Assembly (NCBI GenBank): GCA_963759805.1
Contig: CAVXAT010000004.1
Coordinates: forward strand, 1-64,000
DNA from: an uncultured bacterium
GTDB taxonomy: Bacteria; Babelota; Babeliae; Babelales; RVW-14
Length of the DNA: 64,000 nt
Direction: 5' to 3'
Positions within the stretch are counted from its first letter, which is position 1, and every line of letters starts with the position of its first letter. The position numbers and the translations under genes were made by a program. The notes below the pieces were generated by a model. That model was not told the DNA's origin, ran no database searches, and worked only from the letters and a program-made list of their open reading frames with translations. This document shows, piece after piece, positions 19,119 through 28,700 of this stretch.

Positions 19119-20000
19119 ATGAATAAAAAAACAAAGTTATTTTTTCCTGCAATTTTTTTTGCATCAGTTGTTTCATGTTATTGTATGGTACGGAGTGTTG
19201 CACCGCGCGCACCTATGGACGATATGGATGATATGGAAAATATTGAACATGGCGTATGCAATAGTGTAAATTCTTTTCGCGCCCCTGACTTTGCCCCTGC
19301 CTTTACGTCATGCGAGTCAAAAGTAGCCCTAACTGATTATTCAAATGTCCCATGTGTTGGTTTATATAGTGATAGCATCAGAATTAATAATTGGATGCTT
19401 ACCACTGATGAATTTCCTAAACTTCTAAATCATCTTGCCGCGAATGTTCAATTTATCACACACATTGATTGCTCTTATTCATCCATAACTGATGAACAAC
19501 TGACTGCGGTCTGTAAAAATTGTCCTGAATTTCGAGAGCTTAATCTTTCTTATTGTCGGCGATTGGTCAAGTTCAATATCAGTTCTCTTCGTAATCTAAC
19601 AAAACTTGATGTAAGTGACACAAATATCATTGATAAACAATTAACCGCAATTTGTGAAAATAATTCTGGAATAAGAGAACTTAATCTTTGTAGTTGTATG
19701 AATCTCATGCAATTTAATCTTGATCCTCTTTGCCAGTTAGTAATACTTAATTTAGGTAATACAAGTATCACTGATGAGCAATTAACTACAATTTGCAAAA
19801 ACAATACTTGCATTATCGAACTTACCCTTTGTTTCTGCCGGAATTTATTCAAAGAATTGGAATCTAGACAAAGCAAATTTGATATCAGCCCACTTCGATG
19901 TTTAAGAAAACTTGAGGTAGAATGCACAAATATTAATGGTAAACAAATCGAAATTATTAAGCAGCAAAGTCCGGGGGTGGATATTGTGTGTTACTTTTAG
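19119..20000 (+). CDS. Secreted Cys-containing leucine-rich-repeat protein
   Basis: Repeats ITDEQLTAVCKN...ELNLSYC / LTKLDVSDTNIIDKQLTAICEN; signal-like N-terminus. Confidence 0.85.
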   Translation: MNKKTKLFFPAIFFASVVSCYCMVRSVAPRAPMDDMDDMENIEHGVCNSVNSFRAPDFAPAFTSCESKVALTDYSNVPCVGLYSDSIRINNWMLTTDEFPKLLNHLAANVQFITHIDCSYSSITDEQLTAVCKNCPEFRELNLSYCRRLVKFNISSLRNLTKLDVSDTNIIDKQLTAICENNSGIRELNLCSCMNLMQFNLDPLCQLVILNLGNTSITDEQLTTICKNNTCIIELTLCFCRNLFKELESRQSKFDISPLRCLRKLEVECTNINGKQIEIIKQQSPGVDIVCYF

Positions 20001-20157
20001 TTGAATCAATTGTCAACAAAAGCCAATAATTTTGCAAGTACAGCATCAAGCGCAACATATTGTATTCTTGTATAACGCAAAATATTGTGTTATAAGTATC
20101 TTTGCATTGCAAAAAGTGGGTTTTTATTCGAAATTAATGGGTTTTTCGGGGGGGGGT

Positions 20158-21681
20158 ATGCATTCGAAAATTTATTCAGCGACTACTGTTGGCATCAACG
20201 CACACATGGTTGAGGTGGAAGTCGATTTATCATTTGGCATGATACAGTTCTACATTGTTGGCCTTCCTGACAAAGCGATCAAAGAGAGTAAAGATCGAAT
20301 TCGGGCTGCACTTAAAAATAGTGGGTTCAGACTTCCCGAGCGGTTGATAACAGTTAATCTTGCTCCCGCCTCACTCAAAAAAGAAAATATACTGTTCGAT
20401 GTGCCAATCGCAATTGCAATCTTGCAAGCTGCCAAGCTCGTCGATATTCCTGAAGACTTTATTAACGAGACAATTTTTTTAGGCGAAGTTTCGCTTGATG
20501 GCAAGATTCGTCCGGTTCGTGGGGTGCTGTCGATTGCCCATAGTGCATTAAAGTTCGGCAAAAAAAGATTAATTTTACCCAAAGCAAACACAGATGAGGC
20601 AAGTTTAATCAAAGGACTTGAGCTGATTGGCGTTGAATCTTTGGTTGACCTGGTCGCATACCTACGTGGTGAACAAAAAATTGAACCTACTCAATCCAGA
20701 TTTGATCTTTTTTCCAGGCAGATACACAATCATCCGTTAGATTTTGAAGATGTTAAGGGTCAGTTTCAGGCCAAGAGAGCGTTGCAGATAGCGGCGGCAG
20801 GCAGACACAACATTTTGTTTATAGGCCCACCCGGCTCGGGAAAAACAATGTTGGCCAAACGACTTGCAAGCATCTTGCCTCCAATGTCTTTTGATGAGGT
20901 AATTGAAACAACCAAGCTTTACTCTGTTGCAGGGCTGTTAAATCAGGAATCTTTGATCGCGCATAGACCATTTCGCAGTCCACACCATACTATTTCACAG
21001 GCAGGGCTTGTTGGCGGTGGCTCGTCTCCAAGACCGGGTGAGATAAGCTTGGCCCATAATGGTGTTTTGTTTTTAGACGAACTTACGGAATTTAAACGAA
21101 GCACGCTTGAAGTTTTGCGTGAACCTCTTGAAAATAAGCGTGTTTTAATTTCGCGTGCAAGCAGTGCGGTTGAGTATCCGGCTTCATTTCTTTTAATTTC
21201 AGCGCTCAACCCTTGTCCGTGTGGCTATTACGGTGATAAGAAAAAATGTGTATGTAGCGAACAACAGATAATAAAATATATTGGTAAGCTCTCCGGACCG
21301 CTGCTTGATCGCATAGATCTGCATGTTAATGTTCCTTCAATTAATTATGAGGAGCTAAAAGACAAAAAAGTTCAAAATAAAAATTCTGTGCAGATGTATG
21401 AAGAGGTAAAAATTGCCGTTCAGATGCAAGAAAAAAGGCTGGGGGCTGTTCGCAATGCATATATGGCCTCAGATCAGGTTGAAAAATACTGTATTCTCTC
21501 GGTTGCCGCAGAACAGGCAATGAAGTTTGCTTTTGAAAAACTTAGTCTCAGTATGCGCGGTTATCACAAAATCCTTAAAATTGCCAGGACGATTGCAGAT
21601 TTGCAATCTGCTGATATTATTGAAAGAGTGCATATTCAAGAAGCAATCGGGTATCGGTCTCTTGACCAAAAACTGCAGTAA
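20158..21681 (+). CDS. comM: YifB/ComM Mg-chelatase-like AAA+ ATPase
   Basis: IVGLPD..KES, GPPGSGKTMLA, PFRSPHHT, GEISLAHNGVLFLDE, NPCPCG, SGPLLDRIDL. Confidence 0.95.
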   Translation: MHSKIYSATTVGINAHMVEVEVDLSFGMIQFYIVGLPDKAIKESKDRIRAALKNSGFRLPERLITVNLAPASLKKENILFDVPIAIAILQAAKLVDIPEDFINETIFLGEVSLDGKIRPVRGVLSIAHSALKFGKKRLILPKANTDEASLIKGLELIGVESLVDLVAYLRGEQKIEPTQSRFDLFSRQIHNHPLDFEDVKGQFQAKRALQIAAAGRHNILFIGPPGSGKTMLAKRLASILPPMSFDEVIETTKLYSVAGLLNQESLIAHRPFRSPHHTISQAGLVGGGSSPRPGEISLAHNGVLFLDELTEFKRSTLEVLREPLENKRVLISRASSAVEYPASFLLISALNPCPCGYYGDKKKCVCSEQQIIKYIGKLSGPLLDRIDLHVNVPSINYEELKDKKVQNKNSVQMYEEVKIAVQMQEKRLGAVRNAYMASDQVEKYCILSVAAEQAMKFAFEKLSLSMRGYHKILKIARTIADLQSADIIERVHIQEAIGYRSLDQKLQ

Positions 21682-21690
21682 AGGCATAAA

Positions 21691-22110
21691 ATGATTTTGG
21701 GTGTTGGTGTAGATATTGTACAAATAAATCGTTTCAAATTTTGGGTTGAATACCCTGTAAAACAGTTATCTCACGTCTTTTCACAAGACGAGTTGGCATA
21801 TATTTTTTCCGGTACACAAGAGCTTGCAATGCAACGCATGGCATCACGCTTTGCTGCAAAAGAGGCTTTTTACAAGGCTTTTAGTGCTGCTCTAGCCAAA
21901 TTTAAAACGACAGAAGAAACGATTTTATTTTTATCTTCGTGCAAAGCGGTTTGGGTAATGGCGGGGAAGTGGGAAGTTCCGCAGCTTGTTATTGACTGGA
22001 GTTTCTTTGCAAAAAGATTGGCAATCAAATTGCCTAATTTAGAGGCTAATCTTTCGCTATCACATGAAAAAGATTATGCTGTTGCTTATGTGTTAATTCA
22101 GGAAAAGTAA
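21691..22110 (+). CDS. acpS: Holo-[acyl-carrier-protein] synthase
   Basis: GVGVDIV, RFAAKEAFYKA, LSLSHEKDYAVA. Confidence 0.93.
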   Translation: MILGVGVDIVQINRFKFWVEYPVKQLSHVFSQDELAYIFSGTQELAMQRMASRFAAKEAFYKAFSAALAKFKTTEETILFLSSCKAVWVMAGKWEVPQLVIDWSFFAKRLAIKLPNLEANLSLSHEKDYAVAYVLIQEK

Positions 22111-22126
22111 GCATGTGGAAATCTTA

Positions 22127-23721
22127 ATGCGTAAGTGTCTTGGTCATATTCTTTCCGGCTCACTAGTTGAAGGCCTAGCCATGCGCCTTGGGCCGCAAGG
22201 TTCTCTTGAAGATATTAAAACCGGTAAGTTTGTTTCTATTGTTGGCGAGCATTACACATTTTTTTCATTAATTACAGATCTTGAGTTACAAGTTACAAAT
22301 CCTGATATTCTACTTTTTCCTCCGTCTGAAGACGAAAAAATTCTTACAAGTATGCTTAAAAAGCGCGATATTTACGCGAAAGTTATGCTGCGTCCCATGC
22401 TGATGCTTGACGCTCAAAAACATCGTATGCCGGTAAAAACGATTCCATCACACTTTGCAGCAGTTTATGAAGCCAGCGCAAGTGAAGTAGCTGAAATTTT
22501 TGGCGATGAACAGAAAGATAAAAAATATTTTAACATTGGTTTTCCACTTGATATGACAACTCCCGTGTGCATGGATCTGGATTTATTAGTTGAGCGTAGC
22601 AATGGAATTTTTGGTAAAACAGGTACGGGTAAAACGTTCATCACACGGCTCATCCTTGCAGGTTTGATTAAAAATGAGAAGGCGGTGAATCTGATTTTTG
22701 ATATGCACAGTGAGTATGGTTTTCAGGCTCGCAAAGAGGGAACAGGGGAGTCTTTTGTAAAAGGCCTAAAAACACTATTTCCAAACCAGGTTGCTATATT
22801 TTCACTCGATCCGGATTCTACCAGACGTCGAGGCTGCACTCCGGATTTTGAAGTTGTGCTCAATTATCAAGACATACGCGTTGAAGATGTTCTAACTTTG
22901 CAGGATGAGCTTAATCTACATCCGACAGCGCTTGAAGCAGCTTATTTGATAGCAGGGAAGTATAAAAACAATTGGCTAAAAGTCTTACTTGCTCAGGAGG
23001 GAACGTTAAAAGAGTTTGCAGAAGATATTGGTGCACACGCAGAATCTATTGCGGCATTGTATCGTAAACTTAAACGTATTGAACGGTTTCCGTTTATTAA
23101 AGATATGGGTTCTTCAACTTCAGTTGTTGACCGCATGATTGAATATCTTGATCGTGGAATCAATGTTGTTCTTGAGTTTGGTAATCATACGTCAATGCTA
23201 AGTTATTTGCTTGTGGTAAATATTTTGACCAGAAGAATTCACGATGAGTATGTTGCGAAAACTGAGCGTTTTTTGCTTCACAGAAGAAATCCGACGAGCC
23301 ACGCAAGCTTATGATTACCATTGAAGAAGCCCATAAGTTCCTAAATCCAAATGCGGCAAAACAGACAATTTTTGGTGTAATTGCACGTGAGATGCGTAAG
23401 TATTATGTTTCATTGCTTGTTGTTGACCAACGCCCTTCGGGGATAGATCAAGAAATTTTGTCCCAGATTGGAACTAAAATTGTAGCATTACTTAACGATG
23501 AAAAAGATATTCAAGCAATTTTAACAGGTGCAAGCAATTCAAGCGGGCTGCGATCAATTCTTGCAACGCTTGATACCAAAAAACAGGCGCTTGTTCTTGG
23601 GCATGCGGTTCCAATGCCGGTGGTTATCAAAACACGTGAGTATGACAGGGAATTTTACAAGGCCATGGGGCTGGATTTAAAAGCGATAGACGTTAAAAAG
23701 AGCATTGAAGAGATCTATTAG
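22127..23721 (+). pseudogene. HerA-like ATPase (HAS barrel + DUF87), split by a -1 frameshift near 23269-23275
   Basis: Walker A GKTGTGKT and IFDMHSEYG in ORF 1; Walker B ITIEEAH, IAREMRKY and DQRPS in ORF 2; adding one base at cgTTTTTTgct restores ERF(L/F)ASQKKSDEPRKLMITIEEAH. Confidence 0.8.
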
Positions 23722-23731
23722 ATTTTTTCTG

Positions 23732-23815
23732 AAACTCTGCCCGCCGCCCTTCCGCCTTCGTTAAAACTACGGCGGACAAGACGGGCGATGGTTCGACAAG
23801 CTCACCACGAGCGGG
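23732..23815 (+). repeat. Family A half-element with a nested family B hairpin
   Basis: aaactctgcccgccgccct[tccgccttcgttaaaactacggcggacaag]acgggcgatggttcgacaagctcaccacgagcggg. Confidence 0.8.
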
Positions 23816-23841
23816 GTGAATATATAATCGCATATTTAAAT

Positions 23842-23870
23842 TTGACGATATTTGCGAAAAAAGCTAGTCT
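23842..23870 (+). promoter_or_regulatory. Putative sigma70 promoter of skp-lpxD-prs-pth
   Basis: TTGACG-17 nt-TAGTCT. Confidence 0.5.
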
Positions 23871-23927
23871 GTTCGTGTAGTAATGTTGAAAGTAGTCAAG
23901 TATATAAAATATTTTGAGGAGTCTTTT

Positions 23928-24458
23928 ATGAAAAGAATTTTAACAGGTATTGTTGCAGCATCAGCTTTGAGTATATCACTTGCCAGCGCAAAAGAACTTG
24001 TCTGTTTTGATAGCATGAGAATTTTGCAGGAAGCAAAAGAGAATCAGAAAATTGCCGGCGAGTTGAATGGTAAAATTGAAGAACTACAGAGCTTTGTAAA
24101 AGAGTCGCAGCAAAAACTTGTTGATATGCAATCTGAATTAGATAAAAAAACATCAGTGTTAAGCAAAGAGGCTGTCCAAGAGAAGACCGAAGCGATTGTA
24201 CAAAAGAAAAAGGATTTGGAACGTACAATCGGCGACAAAAAAGAAAAGCTTGAAAAGCTTATACAACAAAAACAGGTTGCTCTTCGTTCCAAGCAAATTG
24301 GGGTAATTAACGAAGTTTGCAAAAAAGAAGACTGGGGTGTATTGGTAGACAAAAATGCGCCCGGTGTGGTTTTTGCGTCAGATACACTTGATAGAACCGA
24401 TATTTTAATTAAGGCTATCGATAGTGCATATGATGTCAGAAAAATCTACAAAAAATAA
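23928..24458 (+). CDS. skp: OmpH/Skp periplasmic chaperone (C-terminal tail may be frameshifted, to 24513)
   Basis: Signal peptide, long coiled coil, VVFASDTLDRTDILIK; precedes lpxD. Confidence 0.8.
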   Translation: MKRILTGIVAASALSISLASAKELVCFDSMRILQEAKENQKIAGELNGKIEELQSFVKESQQKLVDMQSELDKKTSVLSKEAVQEKTEAIVQKKKDLERTIGDKKEKLEKLIQQKQVALRSKQIGVINEVCKKEDWGVLVDKNAPGVVFASDTLDRTDILIKAIDSAYDVRKIYKK

Positions 24459-24526
24459 TAATTTAGAAAAAACAGCCAAAGCAGCCAAAACTACAGAAAC
24501 AAAAACTGCCTAATTTTGGGAATTAA

Positions 24527-25607
24527 ATGGAAGTTAATTTAACCCTTGGCAAAGTATTAGAGATAGTCGACGGAGTTTGTAGCTCCGTCGACTCTAGATT
24601 TTGTGATAAAAAATATTAAATCTTTGGAAACTGCTGAATCGCAGGATTTGGCCATAATTGTTGAACGAGGCGATGCCTCTGTTTTTGATTCAGTTAGCTT
24701 AGATAAGATTAAAAACAGTAAAGCAGGACTGCTACTTTCAAGTAACGCAGATGTGCCTGAGAAAAATTATATTATTGTTAAAGATGCAGTTGGCGCGTTT
24801 CAAAAATTAGTTAATTATTTAAATCAGCAAGTTATCAGTAATCTTGGTAAAAATAGTAACGTTGGCAAAATTATAGATCCAACGGCTTTTGTTCATCCAT
24901 CTGCTATTGTGTGCGACGGTGCGAAGATTGGTGCTGGCACAGTCATAAATGCATTGGCGTTTGTTGGTAAAAATTGTGTTATTGGTGATCGCGTTACTCT
25001 TCATCCCGGAGTAAAAATTCTGGACAGATGCATCATTGGATATGGTACGGAGATTCATTCCGGTGCTGTTATTGGTTCAGATGGTTTTGGGTATAAAGTT
25101 ACAACGCAGGGCATGCAAAAAATTCCACATATTGGAATTGTCAGAATTGGAAAAATGGTTGAAATAGGGGCTAATACTGCCATAGATCGATCTTCGTTTG
25201 ATGAAACCGTTATTGGTGACGGTGTAAAAATAGATAATCTTGTTCACATTGCTCACAATGTTAAAATTGGAGCTTCAACTGCAATTTTGGCGCATACTGC
25301 TATAGGAGGTAGCACTCAAATTGGAATCGGCTGTCAAATTAGTGGACATGTCGTTATAAAAAATGACATAAAAATTGGTAATGGTGTAAAAATTGTTTCA
25401 ATGAGTGGGGTGATGCATAACTTAGCAGATAACGAGGTTGTTTGTGGAGTTCCAGCTATTCCATTTACCAAGTGGAAAAGAATATCAGTTTTGCAGCTAA
25501 GACTTCCTGAGTTTGCAAAATTTATTGCAGAAATCCAACGATTCATAAAAGATAGTAATCAGTCTTGGTTCAAAAGAACTTTATTTAAATTTTTTAAAAA
25601 AGGATAA
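24527..25607 (+). CDS. lpxD: UDP-3-O-(3-hydroxyacyl)glucosamine N-acyltransferase; 5' end out of frame (+1 between 24567 and 24602)
   Basis: Hexapeptide repeats, [31 protein letters not shown]; upstream ATG 24527 encodes a typical N-terminus [16 protein letters not shown] in another frame. Confidence 0.9.
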
Positions 25608-25610
25608 AGC

Positions 25611-26666
25611 GTGAGTTTGCTGGTTGTAAGTTGTTTAAAGTCTCAACTTGCAAGCGATTTTGCAAAAACTCTTGATGTACCCCTGATTCAACTTGGTGGT
25701 GGATTCTTTGCAGATACCGAAGTTTATGTTGATGCGAAAAACACTGACCTTATAGCAGGATCTGAAGTTTTATTTGTACATCAATTTTTTCTTAACACAA
25801 CGTTCGAACCCGGCGCGTCACCCAAGGGTGATGGTTCGACAAGCTCACCACGAGCGCGCCTACTTAATGGCGTTCGTCCTGAGCCTGTCGAAGGATGCGA
25901 GTTTAATAAACCACTAAATAGTTCTTCTCTTAATGACCAGCTTGTTAGTTTTTTGGTTGCCTGTGATCTTTTGAAAAATATTGGGGCAAAAAAAATTACC
26001 GTGATTTTGCCATATCTTGCATATTCACGACAGGATGAAAGTTTTGATGGTAAATTTGTTGGCTCCATAAAACTTTGGGGCCGTTTTTTTAAAGAGGCAG
26101 GTATAAACAGAGTTTTTGCCTGCGATCTTCACTCTGAAAAACTTTTAAACTTATTTGATGTTGATCTTGAAGAGATAAGCCTTGTTAATTTTTGGGCTGA
26201 TCACATAAAATCTAATTTTAGTGATGAGATTAATAAAAACCTAGTTTGTATCGTTTCTCCGGACAGGGGTGGTTTTAATAGGGCAAGTGCTGTTGCTAAA
26301 ATATTAAACGTTCCGGTTGCTTGTGTTGATAAAAAAAGAGTATCTCCGGACAACCCTGTGGCGCTTTGTTTGCATGGGGATGTCAATTCTAAAGTAGCCA
26401 TAATAGTCGATGATATAATTGATACTGGTAAAACATCGATTCAGGCTAGCCTTATGCTGAAAATGCACGGATCTACAAAGATTATTGGAGTTTTTACTCA
26501 TGCAATATTTTCGCAGGGTGCAATGGATAGACTAATGAAGAGTGAATTTTGTAAAATTTATGTATCGAATTCTCTACCCGATTTATCCGCTCAGTCGCAT
26601 GACAAGATTTCAATTTGCTCGATAAATAAGTACTTAATTCAAAAAATTTCTGAAAAATTAAGTTAA
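25611..26666 (+). CDS. prs: Ribose-phosphate pyrophosphokinase with a ~40-aa repeat-derived insertion
   Basis: FADTE, LPYLAYSRQD, DLHS, VSPDRGG, IVDDIIDTGKT, THAIFS. Confidence 0.93.
   Translation: MSLLVVSCLKSQLASDFAKTLDVPLIQLGGGFFADTEVYVDAKNTDLIAGSEVLFVHQFFLNTTFEPGASPKGDGSTSSPRARLLNGVRPEPVEGCEFNKPLNSSSLNDQLVSFLVACDLLKNIGAKKITVILPYLAYSRQDESFDGKFVGSIKLWGRFFKEAGINRVFACDLHSEKLLNLFDVDLEEISLVNFWADHIKSNFSDEINKNLVCIVSPDRGGFNRASAVAKILNVPVACVDKKRVSPDNPVALCLHGDVNSKVAIIVDDIIDTGKTSIQASLMLKMHGSTKIIGVFTHAIFSQGAMDRLMKSEFCKIYVSNSLPDLSAQSHDKISICSINKYLIQKISEKLS
25816..25899 (+). repeat. Family A palindromic element inserted in frame in prs
   Basis: cgtcacccaagggtgatggttcgacaagctcaccacgagcg...cgttcgtcctgagcctgtcgaaggatgcg, read as ASPKGDGSTSSPRARLLNGVRPEPVEGC. 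Confidence 0.9.
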
Positions 26667-26683
26667 TATTATAAGTTAGTATT

Positions 26684-27238
26684 ATGCAGGGTAAAAATAT
26701 GCCAAGCCTCGTATTTGATCCGAACAAATTTAATCCAAATTTAATAAGAGCAGTAATTGGACTGGGCAATCCAGGGCCGTCTTATTATAAAACTCGGCAC
26801 AGCATAGGATTCAGAATAATAGATAAAATTGCTGAGCAATCCGGCGTGTCATTTAATCAGTCTGATAACAAAGAGTACACAAAAACAGACTCCGTCTATC
26901 TAATCAAACCGCTTACATTTATGAATAAATCCGGCGAAGTTATTCCATTTCTTCAAAAAAAAGGGATAAAGCCCGAAGAGATTTTGGTTATTCATGATGA
27001 GCTTGAAAAACCGTTTGGACATACTTCAATTAAATTTGGGGGCAGCGCAAAGGGTCACAACGGTCTTAAATCTATTATTGGTTTTATGGGACAAGGCTTT
27101 TGGCGCTTAAGATTTGGAATTGGCAGACCGGGCGATAATTCTGATGTTGGGTCCTATGTTCTTACCTCTTTCTCAAAAGATGAAGAGTCTGAAGTTGAAA
27201 ATTTGATTCAAAAGGCAATTTCTCTGATAATGGGATAA
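26684..27238 (+). CDS. pth: Peptidyl-tRNA hydrolase
   Basis: GLGNPG..Y.KTRH.IGF, KPLTFMNKSG, HDEL, GHNGLKS, RLRFGIGRP. Confidence 0.96.
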   Translation: MQGKNMPSLVFDPNKFNPNLIRAVIGLGNPGPSYYKTRHSIGFRIIDKIAEQSGVSFNQSDNKEYTKTDSVYLIKPLTFMNKSGEVIPFLQKKGIKPEEILVIHDELEKPFGHTSIKFGGSAKGHNGLKSIIGFMGQGFWRLRFGIGRPGDNSDVGSYVLTSFSKDEESEVENLIQKAISLIMG

Positions 27239-27255
27239 TTATAAAATAATAAGCA

Positions 27256-28341
27256 TCAGCTTTTTGCCAACCATGCTATCGTGTTATTGTGAATTATCTG
27301 CAGCCCGCATGCTTGGTACTCAAGCATCTTAGTCGGCCTTGAAACCCAGTTGATGACATCAGGCTCACGAAGCAAAAATCCAAAATTTGCAGCGCACATG
27401 TATCTGTAAAGTTCTTCCGGTTTAACATGCATGATTTTATAATTTGATTTGGGGATTTTTAGTTTTTTCAGTTCTTTTTCAAATGGCTCTTGATCTTGTG
27501 TCAGCACAAGCATAAAACTTTTTGGATCTTTAAAATATTGGAAAGAAAAGCTTTCTATAGTTTCTTTGGCGCATTGCCATGGTTTGAATGATCCGCTGTA
27601 GCAGTAAACAGTGTAATCATCCGGTATGCCCAACTCATCTCGAACTTGAGTTCGCCACACGACAACTTGGTATTTATCGATAGTTTTTGGAATGTCATTT
27701 ATTGCGATAATTATTTTTACAGGATCAGCTCCAAATTCTTGAATTAAATAATTTTTAAGCGCGGGGCTAACAGCCTCGATTTTTAAGTTAAATAAAGATG
27801 ATGTTTGGGCTTTATAAACAGTTTTTTCGATTCTTTGCAAACTTTTAAATATCAATTTGTCCCAAATTATTTTAACTCCCAGATTTTTGATGTTGGCCAA
27901 TATGTTTTTTTGATTCGAATAACGATACTCTTGTGCGCACAAGCCTCGAGCTTGTATCAAAACATGCGTATCAAAATTTTTTATATTAGAAAGTGCTTTC
28001 AATGTTATGTAGCCTGCCAGTGGCCCACGTGCTGTAATCTGATCGAATGTGAATGTTTTTAAAAACTTAGTTAAACAGGATATTGCGTGGGTTAGGCTTA
28101 ATTTCCCTAAAAATGAGTATCTATGTAAAAATATATATTTTAGACGTTTATGTTGCCCGAAAATTTTTATGGCATCTTCGTTTTTAGGAATATGCCTTTC
28201 GAAACAGACAAATGTGACATGCAAATTTTCGTTCTGATTAATCTCATTTAAAATTGGGCTTAAAACTTGGCTTTGAAAGACGGAATTTTCAATTCCGTCA
28301 TAAACAACAAATGCTAACTGTTTTGTTTTATTTTTAATCAT
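27256..28341 (-). CDS. GT-B (GT4-like) glycosyltransferase
   Basis: YCYSGS..PWQ, SRPTKMLEYQACG. Confidence 0.75.
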   Translation of the reverse strand: MIKNKTKQLAFVVYDGIENSVFQSQVLSPILNEINQNENLHVTFVCFERHIPKNEDAIKIFGQHKRLKYIFLHRYSFLGKLSLTHAISCLTKFLKTFTFDQITARGPLAGYITLKALSNIKNFDTHVLIQARGLCAQEYRYSNQKNILANIKNLGVKIIWDKLIFKSLQRIEKTVYKAQTSSLFNLKIEAVSPALKNYLIQEFGADPVKIIIAINDIPKTIDKYQVVVWRTQVRDELGIPDDYTVYCYSGSFKPWQCAKETIESFSFQYFKDPKSFMLVLTQDQEPFEKELKKLKIPKSNYKIMHVKPEELYRYMCAANFGFLLREPDVINWVSRPTKMLEYQACGLQIIHNNTIAWLAKS

Positions 28342-28666
28342 TAGAGTCCTTTGCGCCTTTTAAAAGTTATTCTTAAGCGCCCATGCAGTTTACTGCGTGG
28401 AAGCGAAATCTCGCCACTCGCCTCTGCGTAGCCTTAAGTTCTACAATACCTTTCGAATTCAGGCTACGGCGAAGCGGGGTAGCCGAATTTGTTACCAATT
28501 TGCAATCATGGAATTTTCTGGCGACGGCGGATTAAAGCTATTGTATGATGATGCTGGGCAAAGTGCAAGTTACGCGGATGTTCTCGACTTCAAGTAAGGC
28601 AAAAACTCGTATATTCGTCCGCAGAAAATTAGAATTTGTTAGAAGAAAAGAAGTCTCGACTTTTTA

Positions 28667-28689
28667 CAGATCGAGACTTCTTCTTTTTT
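28667..28689. terminator. Right arm and T-tract of an intrinsic terminator (stem agaagtctcga/tcgagacttct, 28650-28681)
   Basis: agaagtctcga-ctttttacaga-tcgagacttct then tctttttt; A-tract on the other side. Confidence 0.65.
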
Positions 28690-28700
28690 GTTAGTTAATT

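Noticed and set aside
22127..23721. HerA-based anti-phage system (Sir2-HerA/Nezha type)
   Set aside because: No effector or nurA gene adjacent; housekeeping context and HAS barrel point to a repair-type HerA
28397..28597. 66-aa ORF or tRNA in the GC-rich intergenic region
   Set aside because: No RBS or recognisable motif; no cloverleaf or T-loop consensus
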